Shown here: positions 60,577-64,000 of the stretch, one piece after another
Position numbering within the stretch: position 1 is the stretch's first letter
Layout of the letters: each line of letters starts with the position of its first letter
DNA from: Planctomycetota bacterium
Lineage (GTDB): Bacteria > Planctomycetota > Brocadiia > JAADGH01
Length of the DNA stretch: 64,000 bases
Direction: 5' to 3'
Assembly: GCA_040755855.1 (NCBI GenBank)
Contig: JBFMAD010000001.1
Span: 96,001 to 160,000 of the forward strand
The notes under the pieces: generated by a model
Told to the model about the DNA's origin: nothing
Databases searched by the model: none
What the model saw: the letters and a program-made list of their open reading frames with translations, nothing else
Translations under genes and position numbers: made by a program

Positions 60577-62637
60577 ATGATTGACTACAGCGTCTCCGAC
60601 GGCGTGTGCCTCCTCCGGCTCAATACGCCTCCTCTTAACACCATCACGTTTGAATTGCTCGACGAACTTCGCGAGTGTGTCCGCCGGGCCAATGCGGATG
60701 CGGCCGTCCAGGGCATCATCATCACCGGCGCGCCGGGGCACTTCAGCGCGGGCGCCGACATCAATCTATTCAAACAGATCAAGTCCGCCGACGATGCGAT
60801 TCGGACCTCACGTCTTTTTCAGGAGGCGTTCCAGGAGGTTGAGGATTCCGCAAAGCCCGTCGTCGCGGCCGTGGGGGGGAGGGTGATGGGGAGCGCGCTG
60901 GAGCTGCCGATGGCGTGCCACTTTCGCGCTTGCGAAAAAAGCGCGACGTTCAGCATGCCGGAGGTCACCCTCGGCATCAACCCGGGGGCTGGGGGGACGC
61001 AGCGGCTGCCTCGGCTCATCGGCGTCGGGCCGGCGCTGGATATGCTGCTCACGGGGAAGCCCATAGATGCGGAGGCGGCTCTCGATCTGGGGCTGATGGA
61101 TGCGGTGTGTGAACGGGATGAACTCTTGAGTGCGGCAAAGAACATGCTCCGGTCGGGCGGCGCGGCGATCAGGACACGGGACCGGATCGTTAAGGTGTCC
61201 GATCCCGACTTTCGCAGGGCCGAAGAAATGGTTGAGAAGGGTCGCCGCGAAATCATCGCGCCGCGGAAAATTCTCGAGGCTGTCAGGATCGGACTCACAG
61301 AGTCCTTCGACGCCGGCCTGCGCAAGGAGCAGGATGTGTTCGCCGAGTGCATGAATACCCCGGCTACGCAGAACAAGATTTATCTCTTCTTCGCCACGCG
61401 CGAGACGGGCAAGGCGCCGGAGCTGGCGAGCACCAAACCGCGAGACATCCGAAGGGCCGCCGTCATCGGCATGGGCTCGATGGGGACGGGCATCGCGCAG
61501 GCGATCGTCATGGGCGGCGTGCCGGTCGTCGTCCGGGATGAGGAGGGAACGGCGCTCGAACGAGGCATGGACAGGATCCGCGATTCGTTCCGCCGAGCCG
61601 TCGAGCAGAAGAAAATCACGGCAGAGCAGCGCGACGCAGCGCTGGCGCTGATCTCGACCACGACCAACTGGCGGGGCGTGGCCGATGCCGATCTCGTCAT
61701 CGAGGCCGTCTTTGAGGATGTCAAGGCCAAACGGTCGGTCATTGCCTTGATCGAAAAGGTATGCCGCGAGGATACGATCATCGCATCGAACACGTCCACG
61801 ATCTCGTTGGACATCCTTGCCGAGGGGATGAGGCGCCCCGGCCGGCTGATCGGCCTGCACTTCTTCAACCCCGCGCACCGGATGCCGCTCGTGGAGGCGA
61901 TCCGGCGCAAGGAGACGCGGGACAATGTGATTGCAACGGCGCTGGCCTTTGCGAAGACCATCCGCAAAACGCCCGTACTCGTTCGGAACCGGGAAGGATT
62001 TCTCGTCAACCGCATGTTCGTACCCTACCTTAAGGAGGCGTTTTGGCTGTTAGAAGAGGGGACACCGGCGGGGGGGATTGACCGCGCTATGGTGGATTTC
62101 GGCTTCGCCATGGGGCCGCTCGCGCTGATTGACATGGCGGGGATTGACATCCTCGTCCACACCGACCGCGTGCTGACCGAGGCGTTTCCGAGCCACGGCC
62201 CGTTGTCGCAGATAGTGACTCGCCTGGTTGAGGAAGACCATCTCGGCCAGAAGACCGAATCGGGTGTTTACAAATATGAGAAGGGAGATTATACTCCGTA
62301 TAGGAGTGCGATCACCGACCGGATCGTCGCTGAGGCGCAGAAGGCGTCCGCCCGGACGCCTCGCGAGGTCGGCCCGGAGGAAATCACCGACCGACTTATC
62401 CTCCGGATGGTGAACGAGGCATTCTATATCCTGAAGGAAGGCATCGTTCGGCGGGAGTCGGACCTCGACGCGGCGACGGTGCTGGGGATCGGGTTTCCCG
62501 ATTTTCGCGGCGGCGTCCTGAAGTACGCCCGCGATCTCGGTCTGGATACCGTTCTGAAAAAACTCGATGCGCTGGCCGGACAACTTGGGGAGCGCTTTTC
62601 CCCGTGTGAATTGTTGAGGGAAATGAAAGGAGTCTGA
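60577..62637 (+). CDS. Enoyl-CoA hydratase / 3-hydroxyacyl-CoA dehydrogenase (FadB/FadJ-like)
   Basis: FSAGADI, LEL, PEV.LG..PG.GGTQRLPRL; G.G.MG.GIA, EAVFED...K, SNTST, HFFNP, GF.VNR. Confidence 0.92.
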   Translation: MIDYSVSDGVCLLRLNTPPLNTITFELLDELRECVRRANADAAVQGIIITGAPGHFSAGADINLFKQIKSADDAIRTSRLFQEAFQEVEDSAKPVVAAVGGRVMGSALELPMACHFRACEKSATFSMPEVTLGINPGAGGTQRLPRLIGVGPALDMLLTGKPIDAEAALDLGLMDAVCERDELLSAAKNMLRSGGAAIRTRDRIVKVSDPDFRRAEEMVEKGRREIIAPRKILEAVRIGLTESFDAGLRKEQDVFAECMNTPATQNKIYLFFATRETGKAPELASTKPRDIRRAAVIGMGSMGTGIAQAIVMGGVPVVVRDEEGTALERGMDRIRDSFRRAVEQKKITAEQRDAALALISTTTNWRGVADADLVIEAVFEDVKAKRSVIALIEKVCREDTIIASNTSTISLDILAEGMRRPGRLIGLHFFNPAHRMPLVEAIRRKETRDNVIATALAFAKTIRKTPVLVRNREGFLVNRMFVPYLKEAFWLLEEGTPAGGIDRAMVDFGFAMGPLALIDMAGIDILVHTDRVLTEAFPSHGPLSQIVTRLVEEDHLGQKTESGVYKYEKGDYTPYRSAITDRIVAEAQKASARTPREVGPEEITDRLILRMVNEAFYILKEGIVRRESDLDAATVLGIGFPDFRGGVLKYARDLGLDTVLKKLDALAGQLGERFSPCELLREMKGV

Positions 62638-62639
62638 GG

Positions 62640-63869
62640 ATGTCATCCGAATCCGAACGGAAGGATTTCGAATCCACAAAAAAGATGAAGGCCGTCATGG
62701 GCAAGTACTACATGGAGCTAATGAAGGGCCCCGAGGAGGGCAAGAAGACGGCGTGGTGCACCAGCGTCGGCCCGGCGGAACTCCTGCGGGCGCTGGGATT
62801 CAATGTTTACTTTCCCGAAAATCACGGCGCGATGCTCGGCGCGACGCGCATGGCGACGGACCTCATCCCTCTGGCGAACGCCCGCGGCTTCTCGCCGGAC
62901 ATCTGCTCCTACCTGACGAGCGACATCGGCTCCCACCTGAAGAAGGAAAGTCCGTTTCACAAGATGAAAATGCCCGGCCCGCCGAAGGCGGATGTGTTGG
63001 TCTTCAACACGAACCAGTGCCGCGACGTGAAGGACTGGTTCCAGTGGTACGGCCGGGAGTGGGGCGTCCCATGCGTCGGCATCCACACGCCGCGGGCCAT
63101 CGGCCAGGTCTCCAATTCAATCATTGACGACGTTGCCCGGCAGACCCTCGCCCTGGTTCCTACTCTGGAAGAGGCGGCCGGCCGGAAGCTGGACATGGCA
63201 AAGCTGAAGGAGATCGTTGATCTGTCCCGGAAATGCACGGTCCTGTGGAAGGGCGTGCTCGATGCAGCGGCGAACGTCCCGTCCCCCATCACCTTCTTCG
63301 ACGGGACGGTCCACATGGGACCGGCGGTCGTCCTCCGCGGCCACTCGGATGCAATTGAATATTATGAAACCTTGCTCGCCGAGCTGAAGCAGCGCATCGC
63401 GGACGGCGTGGGGGCGGTGGCGGGGGAACGGTTCCGGGTCTATTGGGAGGGGATGCCCATCTGGGGGAAGCTGCGCGACCTCTCCACGCAGTTAATGGCG
63501 CTCAAGACGTGCGTCGTGGCCTCGACATACTGCAACAGTTGGGTCTTCGACGCGCTCGCCCCGGACGATCCGTTCCGGAGCATGGCCCGCGCCTACACGG
63601 AACTCTTTATCTGCCGCTCCGACGACTACAAAGAGCAATACATCGCCAGGATGGTGGAGAAGTACAAGGTGGACGGCATCCTCTACCACGACGCAAAGAC
63701 CTGCCCGAACAACTCGAACAGCCGGTACGGCATGCCCCAGCGCCTCCGGGAGAAGCTGGGCAAGCCATATCTCGTGGTCAACGGCGACCTGAACGACCTG
63801 CGCCTCTACTCGGAGGAGCAGACACGGACCAATATCGAGGCCTTCGCGGAGCAGCTGGCCGAGGCATAG
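62640..63869 (+). CDS. 2-hydroxyacyl-CoA dehydratase subunit (HgdA/FldB/benzoyl-CoA reductase family)
   Basis: PAELL.ALG...PEN, GFS.DICSY, NQC, DGILYH..KTC, GDL.D.R..SE.Q..T.IEAF. Confidence 0.88.
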   Translation: MSSESERKDFESTKKMKAVMGKYYMELMKGPEEGKKTAWCTSVGPAELLRALGFNVYFPENHGAMLGATRMATDLIPLANARGFSPDICSYLTSDIGSHLKKESPFHKMKMPGPPKADVLVFNTNQCRDVKDWFQWYGREWGVPCVGIHTPRAIGQVSNSIIDDVARQTLALVPTLEEAAGRKLDMAKLKEIVDLSRKCTVLWKGVLDAAANVPSPITFFDGTVHMGPAVVLRGHSDAIEYYETLLAELKQRIADGVGAVAGERFRVYWEGMPIWGKLRDLSTQLMALKTCVVASTYCNSWVFDALAPDDPFRSMARAYTELFICRSDDYKEQYIARMVEKYKVDGILYHDAKTCPNNSNSRYGMPQRLREKLGKPYLVVNGDLNDLRLYSEEQTRTNIEAFAEQLAEA

Positions 63870-63898
63870 GACGAGATACCGAGAAAGTGAGGTGCGTT

Positions 63899-64000
63899 AT
63901 GACGCGAACGGCGGTTATCGGGGTGATTGTCTTCTTGCTTATCGAGTTGCCGTCTGCGGCCGATGTGCTGCATCTCAAGAATGGCCGCACGATCGAAGGG
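63899..64000 (+). CDS. Secreted protein, 5' part only (ADxxxLKNGxxxEG module)
   Basis: GAGGTG RBS; MTRTAVIGVIVFLLIELPSAADVLHLKNGRTIEG. Confidence 0.65.
   Translation, partial: MTRTAVIGVIVFLLIELPSAADVLHLKNGRTIEG

Overview
GC-rich bacterial chromosomal window, most likely from an uncultured Planctomycetota/PVC lineage. This rests on 16S signatures, a short 108-nt 5S rRNA and planctomycete-type protein architectures. It carries housekeeping and carbohydrate genes (alr partial, nagB-pta-ackA, alternative GlmU-like, ACP, folC, pgi, accA, GH31, GHL6-like, three URO-D-family proteins), a Ser/Thr kinase with an FGE domain, a B12 radical SAM enzyme and a PilGHI-like ABC operon. It also holds a complete minus-strand rrn operon (16S-tRNA-Ile-tRNA-Ala-23S-5S), a tyrosine decarboxylase and fadB/hgd-like genes. 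The most unusual region is 17.3-25.2 kb. Five copies of a ~28-bp end sequence (AAAAAGTAGAAAGTTAAGACCTGACCCC) bracket two cargo genes, an MmeI-like restriction-modification gene and a low-GC Zn-ribbon ORF. Each cargo sits behind a copy of the same ~125-bp promoter-bearing module, and four of the five ends have stuttered junction duplications, which suggests an integron-like capture-and-express system. The R-M gene itself has six in-frame insertions of REP/short-repeat families. Other highlights are a perfect parS site inside a CDS, a candidate promoter-driven 58-nt structured RNA, an apparently circularly permuted CBM insertion and a possibly inactive GH73-like protein. All product calls come from motif recognition by eye; no database searches were run.
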